Shown piece after piece: positions 10,600-20,949 of a stretch of DNA of 64,000 nucleotides. The stretch spans positions 32,001-96,000 of the forward strand of contig JBDKUN010000050.1 of the NCBI GenBank assembly GCA_039679675.1, in the 5' to 3' direction. Each line of letters begins with the position of its first letter. The first letter of the stretch is position 1. The position numbers and the translations under genes are program-made. The DNA is from Armatimonadota bacterium. GTDB lineage: Bacteria > Armatimonadota > UBA5829 > DTLH01. The notes under the pieces were generated by a model. The model ran no database searches. It worked only from the letters and a program-made list of their open reading frames with translations, and was not told the origin of the DNA.

Positions 10600-10998
10600 T
10601 TAGTCTTTTCTCCAAGATGGCGGATCGATTTTTCCAGCAAAAACATTCAGCCATGCCGAAGTATGCTCGAACCTCCGGTCTACCGGCTTCTGGATGCGCC
10701 TCAGCTTCTTCAATCTGCCCATACGCTTTGCGCGTTGGTAGATCATCCACCAGATGCAGTTTCTGTCAGGATAGACCTCGCAGCGCCCGTTTTCGCGCGT
10801 GCCGCCGCAGGGGCCATTTCTCATCTGTTTAGGGCATCTCATCGGGCATGTAAACGCAGTATAGCCCAAAATGCACTGGCCGCAGTCATGGCACTTGAAT
10901 ACCGGCTTCTTGACCACGTTCTCAGCAAGCACCGCGCAGGCATAAAGCCTGGGGTGGCTCTCGCAAAACGATGCTATCTTCTCACTTAGTTTGCTCAT
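10600..10998 (-). CDS. metV: Methylene-THF reductase small Cys-rich subunit (MetV / MTHFR_C domain)
   Basis: CHDCGQC...CPMRCPKQMRNGPCGG...CEV...CIW; adjacent to metF. Confidence 0.85.
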   Translation of the reverse strand: MSKLSEKIASFCESHPRLYACAVLAENVVKKPVFKCHDCGQCILGYTAFTCPMRCPKQMRNGPCGGTRENGRCEVYPDRNCIWWMIYQRAKRMGRLKKLRRIQKPVDRRFEHTSAWLNVFAGKIDPPSWRKD

Positions 10999-11007
10999 AT
11001 CCTGCTC

Positions 11008-11937
11008 TCAATCAGCCGACGGTCTCGGCAAAAGCCCCGCCTCTTCGACTATCCGGGGAGTTATCGACTCCCACATAACCGGCATCAGATGGACTCCCGC
11101 AACTCCTGGGATCTCCTTCAGCTCTTTGATTATTTCGACAGCGATCTTTACGCCTTCCTCCATAGCAGCTTCTTTTTCTTTTATGGATTCCATCCGTTTT
11201 ATGTAATCGGGCGAAATTCGCATCCCCGGAACGTTATCCCTCATATGAATAAGCGCTTTGACACTCCTTACCGGCATAACGCCTGCCAGGATGAACACAT
11301 CTTTGTCCATTCCCTCATCCCGGACGGCATTCATCCATTTTTTGAACCTGGGGACATCGAAGACCGGCTGAGTCTGGATGAAATCCACTCCGGCAGCTAT
11401 TTTCTTGGCAAGGTTCAGGACTCTCATCTCAAAAGGTTCGCCGAAGGGGTTTGCAGCGCCGCCGATGAACATTTTGGGTTCCTGCTTGATGTCATCACCG
11501 GACAGGAACTTCTTCTCGTCCCGCATCTTCTTCACCATGCCGATGAGCTGCGTGGAATCGAGGTCGAACACCGGCTTCGCATCGGGATGGTTGCCGAATT
11601 TCTGGTGATCGCCGGTGAGACAGAGGATATTTTTGATGCCTACTGCCCCCGCCGCAAGAATGTCAGACTGGATAGCGAGCCGGTTTCTGTCACGGCATGT
11701 CATCTGTATGATCGGCTCGACCCCGCCTGAAAGGGCGAAATGGCCGGACATCACACTAGACATACGCACAATCGCCGTCTGGTTGTCCGTCAGGTTCACC
11801 GCATCCACATAGCCTTTGAAATAACCGCACTTCTTGGCTATGGGAGCCGCATCTGCTGATTGAGGAGGACTCATCTCCCCGCAGACGACGAATTGCCCTG
11901 CGCGAAGCAGGCGCTCCAGCTTGCTGTCACTTTTCAC
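11008..11937 (-). CDS. metF: Methylenetetrahydrofolate reductase
   Basis: EMSPP, NLTDN, TCRDRNR, LTGDH and FIQTQ. Confidence 0.93.
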   Translation of the reverse strand: MKSDSKLERLLRAGQFVVCGEMSPPQSADAAPIAKKCGYFKGYVDAVNLTDNQTAIVRMSSVMSGHFALSGGVEPIIQMTCRDRNRLAIQSDILAAGAVGIKNILCLTGDHQKFGNHPDAKPVFDLDSTQLIGMVKKMRDEKKFLSGDDIKQEPKMFIGGAANPFGEPFEMRVLNLAKKIAAGVDFIQTQPVFDVPRFKKWMNAVRDEGMDKDVFILAGVMPVRSVKALIHMRDNVPGMRISPDYIKRMESIKEKEAAMEEGVKIAVEIIKELKEIPGVAGVHLMPVMWESITPRIVEEAGLLPRPSAD

Positions 11938-11961
11938 TGTACTAACCCCTTAAGCATGATG

Positions 11962-13638
11962 TCAGAAGAGCCCGACGATGCTGCCGTCATCATTCAAGCC
12001 GATCTTTTCGGCAGCCGGGACTTTGGGAAGGCCAGGCATGGTCATTATGTTTCCCGTATACATGACCACGAACCCCGCACCTGCCGACACTTTGGCATCT
12101 CTGACCGTAATTTCGAAATTCCTCGGTCTGCCGACGACGGAAGCATCATCAGAAAGGGAGTTCTGGGTCTTTGCAGAGCAGACCGGCAGGTTCCCTAGCC
12201 CCAGTTTTTCGATCTGAGCGATCTTTTTCTCCGCTTCCGACGTATAGATTACGCCATCCGCGCCGTAAACCTCTCGCGCAATTGTATTCATCTTCTCTTT
12301 GAGGCTCATATCGAGCGGATAAAGCTGATGGAACTTCGACGGCTTCTCTTCAATAGTCTTCATAACGAGTTTGGCAAGCTCAATTCCGCCCTTTCCGCCA
12401 TTGGCCCATACATCTGAGAGTGCTACAGAATATCCCTTAGCCTCACAAAGCGCATGAAGCTTCGCGACCTCTTCAGCGGAGTCCGCAGGGAACTTGTTGA
12501 TCGCAATAACCGGGCTGAGGCCGTGCGCTTCCATATTCTCGCAGTGTTTCCACAGGTTCTCGATCCCTCTTTCCAGCGCTTCCGGGTCTGAAACCGTCAG
12601 TGCGTCTTTTTTGACGCCGCCGTGCATCTTGAGCGCACGGATTGTGGCAACGACCACGGCGCAGGCCGGAGTAAGACCGGCTGTGCGGCACTTGATGTTC
12701 AGAAACTTCTCAGCACCGAGGTCAGAGCCGAATCCAGCCTCTGTGACGACGTAATCCGCGAGCTTGAGCGCCATCTTCGTTGCGATAACGGAATTGCATC
12801 CATGTGCGATGTTCCCGAACGGGCCGCCGTGTACGAAAGCGGGCGTGCCTTCCAATGTCTGAACCAGGTTCGGCTTTATCGCATCTTTGAGGAGCACCGC
12901 CATTGCGCCGGATGCCTTCAAATCGGCAGCAGTCACAGGGTTGCCGTCTTTGTCGAAGGCGACAATTATAGAAGCGAGCCGCCTCTCCAAGTCCGCCACA
13001 TCATTGGAGAGGCAAAGAAGCGCCATAACCTCGGAAGCTGCCGTAATATCGAACCCGGTCTCCCTCGGAACTCCGCCGGTCTTCCCGCCAAGCCCGATCA
13101 CAACGCTTCTCAGTGCTCGCTCGTTCAAGTCCAGTACCCGTTTCCAGGTAATGGAATATGGGTCGATTTTCAGTGGGTTTCCCTGATAAAGCGAATTGTC
13201 CAGCATCGCCGCAAGCAGGTTGTGCGCTGATGTAATCGCGTGAAAATCGCCCGTAAAATGCAGGTTGATGTCCTCCATAGGGATGACCTGCGCGTAACCG
13301 CCGCCTGCCGCGCCGCCTTTTACCCCGAAACACGGGCCAAGGCTCGGCTCTCTTATGGCGATTGCGACGGACTGGCCTATCTGCTTCAAAGCATCTCCGA
13401 GTCCGACTGTAGTAGTGGTTTTCCCCTCACCCGCTGAAGTCGGGGTAATCGCAGTAACGAGGATCAACTTGCCGTCCGGCCTGCCGCTCGTCTTTTTCAT
13501 CACTTCGAGCGATACTTTTGCCTTATACCGGCCGTAAAGCTCCAAATCTTCATCAGCCAAGCCGAGTGATTTTGCTATATCAGTCACAGGCTTCGGCTTT
13601 GCAGCCTGTGCTATTTCTACATCTGTTAAGTATGCCAT
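11962..13638 (-). CDS. fhs: Formate--tetrahydrofolate ligase
   Basis: [35 protein letters not shown] and TMPGLP. Confidence 0.98.
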   Translation of the reverse strand: MAYLTDVEIAQAAKPKPVTDIAKSLGLADEDLELYGRYKAKVSLEVMKKTSGRPDGKLILVTAITPTSAGEGKTTTTVGLGDALKQIGQSVAIAIREPSLGPCFGVKGGAAGGGYAQVIPMEDINLHFTGDFHAITSAHNLLAAMLDNSLYQGNPLKIDPYSITWKRVLDLNERALRSVVIGLGGKTGGVPRETGFDITAASEVMALLCLSNDVADLERRLASIIVAFDKDGNPVTAADLKASGAMAVLLKDAIKPNLVQTLEGTPAFVHGGPFGNIAHGCNSVIATKMALKLADYVVTEAGFGSDLGAEKFLNIKCRTAGLTPACAVVVATIRALKMHGGVKKDALTVSDPEALERGIENLWKHCENMEAHGLSPVIAINKFPADSAEEVAKLHALCEAKGYSVALSDVWANGGKGGIELAKLVMKTIEEKPSKFHQLYPLDMSLKEKMNTIAREVYGADGVIYTSEAEKKIAQIEKLGLGNLPVCSAKTQNSLSDDASVVGRPRNFEITVRDAKVSAGAGFVVMYTGNIMTMPGLPKVPAAEKIGLNDDGSIVGLF

Positions 13639-13803
13639 AGTGCTCCCTACGATCTTTTCGAATCAATCGACTAGACAATAGCAGTTTATCAGTTATGATG
13701 CAAACGGTCTTGAAGTTTGGTGTCATTATGTTGGAAATATCGTAGCAGGATGTGGTTGTTTGGTAGCGTTTTGGTAGTTTGGTGCTTGGTTAGCTGTCAG
13801 TTA

Positions 13804-14185
13804 TCAGTCTTTATCTGCTTCTCTTTTAGCCTCTCTCAGAACTCCCAAGATACTATCGACAGTTGAAACCCATGGCGTCGGCAAATTCGGACGCCCTGCC
13901 AATATGTCCTCACGAAGCTGTTCCAATTTAGGTATAAACTCTGTCGCCTTTATCCTTAAAATAAGACCCAATGCAATTGCCGAATGGTATTTATCCTCAC
14001 CAAACAGCCATTTATCAATTACAACCATTACTGCTTTCTGTAATTCAGGAGCATATAACCGTATTTCCCATGCAATCCTGTCAACAAGCTCGTCCTTGCT
14101 TTTTTTTATATTCCTTACTTTCAGCAAGGTCATCATGTATCTGCGTCAGCCATTCTTCTGCTTGTTTTACAATCTCTGCATCCAT
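13804..14185 (-). pseudogene. Hypothetical ~126 aa protein interrupted by a frameshift at an A8 tract
   Basis: ATG at 14185 (MDAEIVKQAEEWL...) joins the 13804-14136 ORF in frame if A8 (14100-14107) is read as A7. Confidence 0.55.
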
Positions 14186-14192
14186 AATCAAA

Positions 14193-14384
14193 CTACCTGC
14201 GGTAAATTCTTGGGAGATAATAGCCAATCTCCACAAAAATCAATATCGCTGCTGCCTTGATCATTGATTGAGGCCTTCCCCAACCCGTGGACGACGGTTG
14301 ACCGTAATCCATTACTTTTACGATTAACAAAAATGCAATCACCAACAGCAGTAATTTTAGAAGTATGAGCAGTATACGTTTCAT
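14193..14384 (-). CDS. Small hypothetical membrane protein
   Basis: 63 aa with two hydrophobic segments; stop lies 7 nt before the next ATG. Confidence 0.5.
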   Translation of the reverse strand: MKRILLILLKLLLLVIAFLLIVKVMDYGQPSSTGWGRPQSMIKAAAILIFVEIGYYLPRIYRR

Positions 14385-14470
14385 GACGTTTTACAGTTCG
14401 GTGCATATTCACACACTAAAATATCTTAACAAATGTTAGGCGGCTAAATTATCTTTGTCAACATCTATAT

Positions 14471-14515
14471 TAGTGAAAACTCGTGCTCCGGGACTAACTG
14501 CGGTCCCGAAGCATA
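14471..14515. repeat. Palindromic repeat family C (gtgcttcgggac...tcccgaagcata)
   Basis: Copies at 31165-31188 (partial), 39094-39161, 52773-52814 and 57550-57594. Confidence 0.8.
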
Positions 14516-14536
14516 AAACTCAGGACCACACAAAGA

Positions 14537-15685
14537 CTATCTGAACGTCCCATGCACGTGCAATCTGTATTCGCGCGGGGTGTAGCCTGTGGATCGCTGA
14601 AAGACCTTCGTGAAGTAGCTCTGGTCCTTAAACCCGCAGTCGAGCGCAATGTTGATGATGCTCTGGTCCGAAAATTTGAGAAGTTCTTTGCTCTTATCGA
14701 CCCTCATCTGGGTGAGAATCTCCGTAAATGAACGCCCGAGCTTTTCTTTCATAAGTCTGGAGAAGTGAGAAGGCGACATACCGGCGGCAGCGGCGGCGTC
14801 ATCGCGCGAAATATCCTCCGACATATTGGCTTCCATAAACTGGAGCGCCGCTGTAAGAAGGACAGTGTTCGGATATGCGCGCTGCTCCCGGATGGAGTCC
14901 ATAATCCGCTCCAGCATTGATACGAGCCAGGCTGAAAGGTCGGCTTCGTCGGAAATAGACGAAAGATCGACCAGTTGGGAGAAGTTCGTGCCGAGGAGTT
15001 CCGATGGTTCGGCCCCCGCCTCTACAGCAGTCCTGCTCATCATAACTACGAGTTCAAGCAGAAAACTTTTAAGGAGGCTCGGCCTGTCCCTGCCGAGGTA
15101 GTAGATGCCTACCAGAATTCTATTGAGGATTTCGCGCGCTTGCAGGCGGTCGCCGCGTTTCACAGCGGCCAGCAGCTCAGGCTCTTCTCTCAGATAAATA
15201 TCGCGGATGGAGTCGTAGCACTTGCTTTTCAGCTCGTGTATGGCTTCCGCACGTCTGGACTCGCGCTCGGAAGCGAGCCTTCTGAGTTCAAGAAGCGCCG
15301 AATTCGTGAGGTTGGATTCACCGGCAAGCTGAAGAAGCTGGTCTGCGGCCTGCCTGATCCGTTCCGCGCTCCACTCGCCATCGGCACAGTCGTCTATCGG
15401 GATTCCACCGGCTGCGATGCCGCCTGTCACCTGCGCATTGTTCATAACGGGGACAGCCCAGATGATGCAGTTGCCGCAGCAGAGGTGAAGATATGGCTCG
15501 CCCCATTTCAGAGTCTCTTCGATGGCCCTCAGCCTGGCCTCACGGCAGCGTGTTTCTGAAACGGGGTTTGCGCAGCAAGGCTTGCCATCGATGACTCCGC
15601 CTTCGCGGTCCGTGAGCGCCAAAGTCAACTGAAAATCTTTATAATACCGGTCTGCAATCCGGCTTAAGTTGGACAGGTCTTTCAT
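14537..15685 (-). CDS. AraC-family regulator with PocR-like sensor domain
   Basis: Cys-containing N-terminal PocR-like region; C-terminal SPSHFSR...IALDCGFKDQSYFTKVF...TPREYR. Confidence 0.88.
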   Translation of the reverse strand: MKDLSNLSRIADRYYKDFQLTLALTDREGGVIDGKPCCANPVSETRCREARLRAIEETLKWGEPYLHLCCGNCIIWAVPVMNNAQVTGGIAAGGIPIDDCADGEWSAERIRQAADQLLQLAGESNLTNSALLELRRLASERESRRAEAIHELKSKCYDSIRDIYLREEPELLAAVKRGDRLQAREILNRILVGIYYLGRDRPSLLKSFLLELVVMMSRTAVEAGAEPSELLGTNFSQLVDLSSISDEADLSAWLVSMLERIMDSIREQRAYPNTVLLTAALQFMEANMSEDISRDDAAAAAGMSPSHFSRLMKEKLGRSFTEILTQMRVDKSKELLKFSDQSIINIALDCGFKDQSYFTKVFQRSTGYTPREYRLHVHGTFR

Positions 15686-15730
15686 TTTTGATTACGGACG
15701 GCTCAAAAGCGCGACCTTCTATAAATAAAA

Positions 15731-15917
15731 TTGCCCCGCATGTGCCGTGTGCCTACCGAGTTTTTGAACCCTTGCATTAGAAGGGCGGGTGCCCGGGCCA
15801 GAGTCTCGCGATTCCCTCAAAAGAGGGCTCCCACTTGAAAACTGAACCTTTCGAACTCCCTAAGATTTGAGTGTCGGCTCAAAACTTCCTCGGCTAATCA
15901 CGTGCACCGCAGGGCAA
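15731..15917 (-). ncRNA. ssrS: 6S RNA
   Basis: ~187 nt. Ends pair (TTGCCCTGCGGTGC / GCACATGCGGGGCAA), internal TTGAGCC pairs with GGTTCAA, and CACGGC lies near the 3' end. An extended -10-like TGgTAACAT lies upstream. Confidence 0.8.
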
Positions 15918-15987
15918 ATATTGCAGTGTGATTTTCCACCAATATGTTACCACATTTGGGGCAGTACCACAATGTAATTAAATTGTT

Positions 15988-17841
15988 TCAGAGGTTAACT
16001 TGAGACAGTATTTTCTCCAGCCCATCAGCTCCGCAAAAAATAAACCTATAGACAGGCCTGCCGTCTATTGAGGTGCATTCGTCCGATATTCTTGATAACT
16101 TAACCACATAACCTGTATCATCGCACACCGGCTTCAGTAGATTTGCATCCCAGATAAATTTATATGCAAATGTGCGCAGCTCAAACGGTAACTGATTAAT
16201 ATCCAGACCTTCACTTGTAGTCAACTGCTTCTTTGATCTTGGATCAAGCCGGGCATAAAAGCCTAGATCATCTTTGTTTATCATATAGTTTCGCCCAATC
16301 GCACTTGAACGCCCTAAAACCTCGTCACATGCAATATTTGCATCATACTGCGGCTGGCTCAGCGTGCATATGTCCGCAACTGTATCCAGGCTCAAGCCGT
16401 CACTGTCTTTCAGGTCAGCTCGCCATCTATCAAGCCATTCCTCAGGAATTTGAAGGCTGCGCTTCTTAAGCCACATCCTTTCTCTCAGTTCAATGACATT
16501 GCCGACACGCCACCAGTTGCTATTCAAGTCAAGCCGGGCATTTTCCAGAATCTTGTTGACCGTAGTTTTGACCAAAGAAAAGCGGCATTTGGCAGGCTTG
16601 CCGAAGCTGTCGCAAACTATTGCAAAGCTGGTGGTATCGGCTATAATTGCATTGACAGTCTCATATGTTAAGGGCTTCTTTGCATCTTTCGGGATGTCTA
16701 CAGTGACATCGAGTGCAGGATCAGGCTCTTTTTTATCTATTGGATCTCCCATTTCATCGAGTCCAAGGTCCTTTTGTACTTCTTCAGGTGTCGGTATTCC
16801 ATTTGCCGCGAGTATATCTTCCTGCAATTTTATAAAAGGCGTTCCAGGATGCTCTAGGGCTGCTATCCCACAATTGCCAAAAAACTTGGCTTTTATACTA
16901 TCAGACCTACATAAGTCAGCTCTCAATTCTTTGCAGATAACACTAGACCCTAAATGATTACCAGGTACTGTGAATGAAACCCGTCCCAACGAAGCATTAT
17001 TTAGTTCATTGCCATCTGAGTTTATGTTTATAGCAATCTTATCCTGCAATTGCGGCAGCATATCATCCGGGAGAATCGGCTGGGCGTGAAAGGAGTTTTT
17101 AGATAATACATTCTCTTCACTCCACAGATCACGTATCACCTGAACAAGTGCATCCTTGGATTCATCCGACAGGTCTGATGAAGAAATAGATAATCCCTGG
17201 CCGTTGATAAAAGCATCTCGTGCCTCCGGCGAAGAAGTGAGGAATTGATCCAGAGACTTCGCCACACCTGTCTCATTTAGAAAATACAGGTAAGGGTCTT
17301 CCTCTTTTAATTGTTCCAGGTCAGCCTCCGAATATTCGGACACAGCATGCAGCTTATCCAGCGCTGCTTCGCGTAGCTCTTTCTGTTTTTCCCGGATGCG
17401 TTCATCTTCTTCTGCCTGCTTCATCATTAATGCATTCATTTCGTTGCGGTCCTGATAAAGCCGGTAGATCACGCCTTGTTCGCTTTCCGACTTACGCCAT
17501 TTGAACTTCAGAACACGGGAAATGGATGCCATCAATGCGGAAAGAGGCTGTTCTTTGGCGAATATATAGACTTTTCGGTCTCGGACTTGCCAGTCCTTTT
17601 TACTTAACCCAGCCCTGAGTTGCACTCCGCTCATGCTGCTCAGGTCCTCCAGGACAGCCGAGATAGTCTTTCGCCTTGCTTCGTAGGTAATCTTGGTATC
17701 AAGCCCCTGCTTTATGCTGCCGATTGCCTTTAACTCTGCTGGCACTGTTTTTGTATTGGTCGCTGTATCTACTGGGTATGCGCTCATGACAGGCACAACA
17801 GCCAGTAAAAAGACAAACAAATTCAGATACTTCTTATTCAT
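15988..17841 (-). CDS. Hypothetical secreted protein (617 aa)
   Basis: Long ORF with an N-terminal signal peptide; no family recognised. Confidence 0.75.
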   Translation of the reverse strand: MNKKYLNLFVFLLAVVPVMSAYPVDTATNTKTVPAELKAIGSIKQGLDTKITYEARRKTISAVLEDLSSMSGVQLRAGLSKKDWQVRDRKVYIFAKEQPLSALMASISRVLKFKWRKSESEQGVIYRLYQDRNEMNALMMKQAEEDERIREKQKELREAALDKLHAVSEYSEADLEQLKEEDPYLYFLNETGVAKSLDQFLTSSPEARDAFINGQGLSISSSDLSDESKDALVQVIRDLWSEENVLSKNSFHAQPILPDDMLPQLQDKIAININSDGNELNNASLGRVSFTVPGNHLGSSVICKELRADLCRSDSIKAKFFGNCGIAALEHPGTPFIKLQEDILAANGIPTPEEVQKDLGLDEMGDPIDKKEPDPALDVTVDIPKDAKKPLTYETVNAIIADTTSFAIVCDSFGKPAKCRFSLVKTTVNKILENARLDLNSNWWRVGNVIELRERMWLKKRSLQIPEEWLDRWRADLKDSDGLSLDTVADICTLSQPQYDANIACDEVLGRSSAIGRNYMINKDDLGFYARLDPRSKKQLTTSEGLDINQLPFELRTFAYKFIWDANLLKPVCDDTGYVVKLSRISDECTSIDGRPVYRFIFCGADGLEKILSQVNL

Positions 17842-17960
17842 TTTGGCCCCTTCTTTACATAGTATGTTTCAGGATCTCTTTTCCACCAACCCGATGAGTT
17901 GACTTCGGCGCAAAATACGCTCGCTGAAGTATAAAAAATATACTAATCAAGCAATCTATG

Positions 17961-18737
17961 TCATCTGGATTCGTTTGTGGGTTTGTATACTAAACGGCCT
18001 AATTCCATCACCCTATCAATATTTATATGGCTATCAGGCGGCAGCATCATGCTTATTGCTTCACACTTCGAAATATTTACGGCTGCCGTTAACAGATTGC
18101 CGATCAAACCTCCCTTGTTTTTACTGAGTTCGATGTCAAGATAACTGCCTATAGATCCTTTCTCCAAATAGATTGCTGGTTTATCGCAGCAGAATCCAAT
18201 TACTTTGAGATTTCTCTCTATGTCCGTCCGACTCTTCATAATATCTGTCAGATTACGCACCTCTCTATCCGCCAATACAGCATAAAGTGCAGTGTCGAAC
18301 CCTTCTTTAACAGCTACTTGTTCCAAGCCTATAAAAAAACTCACATCATCTATCGGGAGAGACCATTTTGCGGTGCGGTCACCTAGATATACAATCAATT
18401 CGTTATGTGAATCATCCAGTTCGAACTGAGGTCGTGACAAAATATCTAGATTACGCATCAATAACCTGATAAATAGATATGCTCCCAATACAAGGACACC
18501 AACCAAAATATATCTAAGCTGTAAAGGAAAAACTCTCTGAGGAAGCAGATTTATAGCAAGCATCAGAAACCCTAGGAAGAAAACACAAAATGTGGAAATA
18601 CACCCAATCTCTAGAATGCCACGTCTTTTACCTGGTCGAAAGACTATATTTTCACCTTCAAGTACAGCTTCCAGAGATGAATATGGCATACTCTCAGGTT
18701 TTTCCACCTGCCTGAACCGTTCTATTAGAGCTGGCAT
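17961..18737 (-). CDS. Hypothetical membrane protein, AT-rich
   Basis: 258 aa ORF with two TM segments. Confidence 0.65.
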   Translation of the reverse strand: MPALIERFRQVEKPESMPYSSLEAVLEGENIVFRPGKRRGILEIGCISTFCVFFLGFLMLAINLLPQRVFPLQLRYILVGVLVLGAYLFIRLLMRNLDILSRPQFELDDSHNELIVYLGDRTAKWSLPIDDVSFFIGLEQVAVKEGFDTALYAVLADREVRNLTDIMKSRTDIERNLKVIGFCCDKPAIYLEKGSIGSYLDIELSKNKGGLIGNLLTAAVNISKCEAISMMLPPDSHINIDRVMELGRLVYKPTNESR

Positions 18738-18804
18738 AATTTCCCTTAATAACTTCTTTCACTCAGAAGTATGTTTCTTGTCTAAATCGCCTAATGATAA
18801 TATC

Positions 18805-19038
18805 TCACTGTGCTGTAACCTGCAGATACCATTGCTTAACAAGCTTTCCTGAAGAATCAATTTTCAGGATATGACCGTCATTACCTCCAATACAAATAAA
18901 ACCATGTGTATCGACAGCTACAACCAAAGGTGATGTAATTATTTTGGAATACTTCGGTGCGATATTTGCGCCGAAGTCCCCACTCTTGACATCTACAGCC
19001 TCAACGATTGACTGCCAACTGAATGTTACGCTGCTACG
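18805..19038 (-). pseudogene. Possible NHL/beta-propeller gene fragment
   Basis: Start-less frame reading ...SPLVVAVDTHGFICIGGNDGHILKIDSSGKLVKQW...stop. Confidence 0.35.
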
Positions 19039-19164
19039 TCATTTCAGTCAATGCTTTAACGCACTATTGTGCCAATAAATCTCAATAATGTGGGGACAGT
19101 TAACGTATGGGGTTGATATATATAACCATCAGAAGGGTACATATCGGGGCTGATATGTACCTTA

Positions 19165-19983
19165 CTACAGAGCGTGAATTTTGGGAGAAGAGTATGCAGA
19201 AACCTGCTCTGCTCTTCTTCTGTACCGGGCAATTTCGGGTATTCCGGCGCATTTGAGCGCTTTTATGCCGTCCGAAAGCCCGAATCCCAGGTGCTGAACG
19301 AGGTGGGAGTCCGACCCGATGGTCACTTTCCTGCCGCCGAGGCTTGCATAAAGCTCCAAAGTCTCCAAAGACGGGTATATTTCGCCCGGAGCCTGCCTCA
19401 ATCCCGAAGTATTGACTTCGAGCGCCATATCGTGCCGGATCAGGGCTTTCAGGATATCCTCGACCTGGGGTAAATATCTGTCGAGGTCGAATTTACCGTA
19501 GTATCTCGCGCCATGCCGTTTACAGAGGTCCATGTGCGCGAGTGAATCGAAGAACCCTGTCTCTACTGCCGCAAGCGCGGCCTCGAAGTACGGCAGATAC
19601 GCCTCGCGCTCGCTCTTTCCGGGGAAATATTTCTCGTGTTCTTCAAGAAGAATCCCGTGGACATAATGGGCTGAGACCAGAACAAAATCGAGCTCGTGAG
19701 AGCCGAGAAAATCCTCGATCTCAGGCAAATACTTCTCCTGATAATCCACCTCCACGCCGGAGAGGATGGTGAGCCTACCCGAAAACTCTTCCCGTGCCGC
19801 AGCAATCTCGTCCATCCATTTGGAGTAGACCAGACAGCCGTAAGATATGTCCGTAGGAGTGTAGTCCAGATGTTCCGTAAAGACGATCTCGTCAATCCCG
19901 ATCTCAACAGCCTTCGCGCACATGTCGCGGAGTTTGGTTGGCGAGTCGCCTGAATAGGTCGAGTGTACATGGTAATCTATCAC
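19165..19983 (-). CDS. Histidinol-phosphatase, PHP (HisJ/HisK) family
   Basis: DYHVHS, FTEH, LAHMD, EVNTSG and GSDSH. Confidence 0.88.
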   Translation of the reverse strand: MIDYHVHSTYSGDSPTKLRDMCAKAVEIGIDEIVFTEHLDYTPTDISYGCLVYSKWMDEIAAAREEFSGRLTILSGVEVDYQEKYLPEIEDFLGSHELDFVLVSAHYVHGILLEEHEKYFPGKSEREAYLPYFEAALAAVETGFFDSLAHMDLCKRHGARYYGKFDLDRYLPQVEDILKALIRHDMALEVNTSGLRQAPGEIYPSLETLELYASLGGRKVTIGSDSHLVQHLGFGLSDGIKALKCAGIPEIARYRRRAEQVSAYSSPKIHAL

Positions 19984-20918
19984 TTCGCCTGCGTGCCCTC
20001 ATCGTAGACCACTTTCGATATAACATTTCCCACTGTCTGCAAGGACTTGGCGCTGCACTTATTGGGGGTATCGTCGATTGTATGCCAATAGGCATAGTTG
20101 AAATCGATCACGTCTATGCACGGAATCCCTGCGGCGCAGAGCGGCAGGTGGTCATCCTGCAGCATGTGGCGTTCTTCTTCCAAAAAAGTATTGCCGTAGC
20201 CGAGCTTATCCGCGGCTGCCCAGACCTTGTCGACGACTTTCGGCGCCTTATGACAGGAAAACACCTCTTTGGCAATATCCAGGTTGCTGTCCCCGATCAT
20301 ATCCAGCAGGATACCGTAATCGTATTTGATCTGCCTGCCTTTTGGCTGGACGGCCGTCTTCCAGTTCTTGGCGAACTCTTTGGCCCCGATGAACATGTCA
20401 TTTACGCCGGGACCGTAGTCTTCGCCGTCAAAAAACGCCATAACGACGCCAACATCGGGCTTTTTGTTATTGAACATGCGGGCAAGCTCAAGAAGCACCG
20501 CAGTGCCGGATGCACCGTCATTCGCTCCCGGAACAGGCATTTTGCTTTTAGCTTCATCGACTTCCTGATCGGCATGAGGCCGGGTATCCCAGTGTGCGCA
20601 CAAGAGCACAAAATGCGATGCATCCGGGTTGAACACCGCGTATACATTCGAAAGCTCGATGGTCTTACTCCCGGCGCCATACTTGAAAGTGTGAGTGGAA
20701 ACCTCGTCCGCGAGCGGTTTCAGTTCGGATTGAATGAACTCCAGAGTTTTTTCATGTCCCTGGACTCCGGGGTAGCGCGGGCCGAAAGTACATTGCTTTT
20801 TGAGAAGCTCATAAGCGCGTATTCCGTCGAACGCCGAAGCTCTGTTGGTCTTGGTTCCGCAGCCAGACAATAGTATAAACACCGCGACAATGGCCACGGT
20901 GCGAAGAGATCGATTCAA
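19980..20918 (-). CDS. M28 family peptidase / glutaminyl cyclase-like lipoprotein
   Basis: Lipobox LSGC, AHWDTR, GANDGASG, DGED, DMIG, DDHLP and WHT. Confidence 0.9.
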   Translation of the reverse strand: MNRSLRTVAIVAVFILLSGCGTKTNRASAFDGIRAYELLKKQCTFGPRYPGVQGHEKTLEFIQSELKPLADEVSTHTFKYGAGSKTIELSNVYAVFNPDASHFVLLCAHWDTRPHADQEVDEAKSKMPVPGANDGASGTAVLLELARMFNNKKPDVGVVMAFFDGEDYGPGVNDMFIGAKEFAKNWKTAVQPKGRQIKYDYGILLDMIGDSNLDIAKEVFSCHKAPKVVDKVWAAADKLGYGNTFLEEERHMLQDDHLPLCAAGIPCIDVIDFNYAYWHTIDDTPNKCSAKSLQTVGNVISKVVYDEGTQAK

Positions 20919-20949
20919 GCGTCTGTCCTCATCTTCCGCTCTAATAGAA

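Noticed and set aside
13639..13803. THF or ZTP riboswitch upstream of fhs
   Set aside because: No conserved motifs recognised; only low-complexity ACCAA repeats.
14420..14445. Integron attC sites next to AT-rich ORFans (GTTAGGC here, ACCTAAC near 25125)
   Set aside because: No matched RYYYAAC/GTTRRRY pairs in the right orientation, and no integron integrase.
15731..15917. Cobalamin riboswitch ahead of the regulator and C1 genes
   Set aside because: No B12-box or GGGAA core recognised; end-to-end pairing fits 6S RNA.
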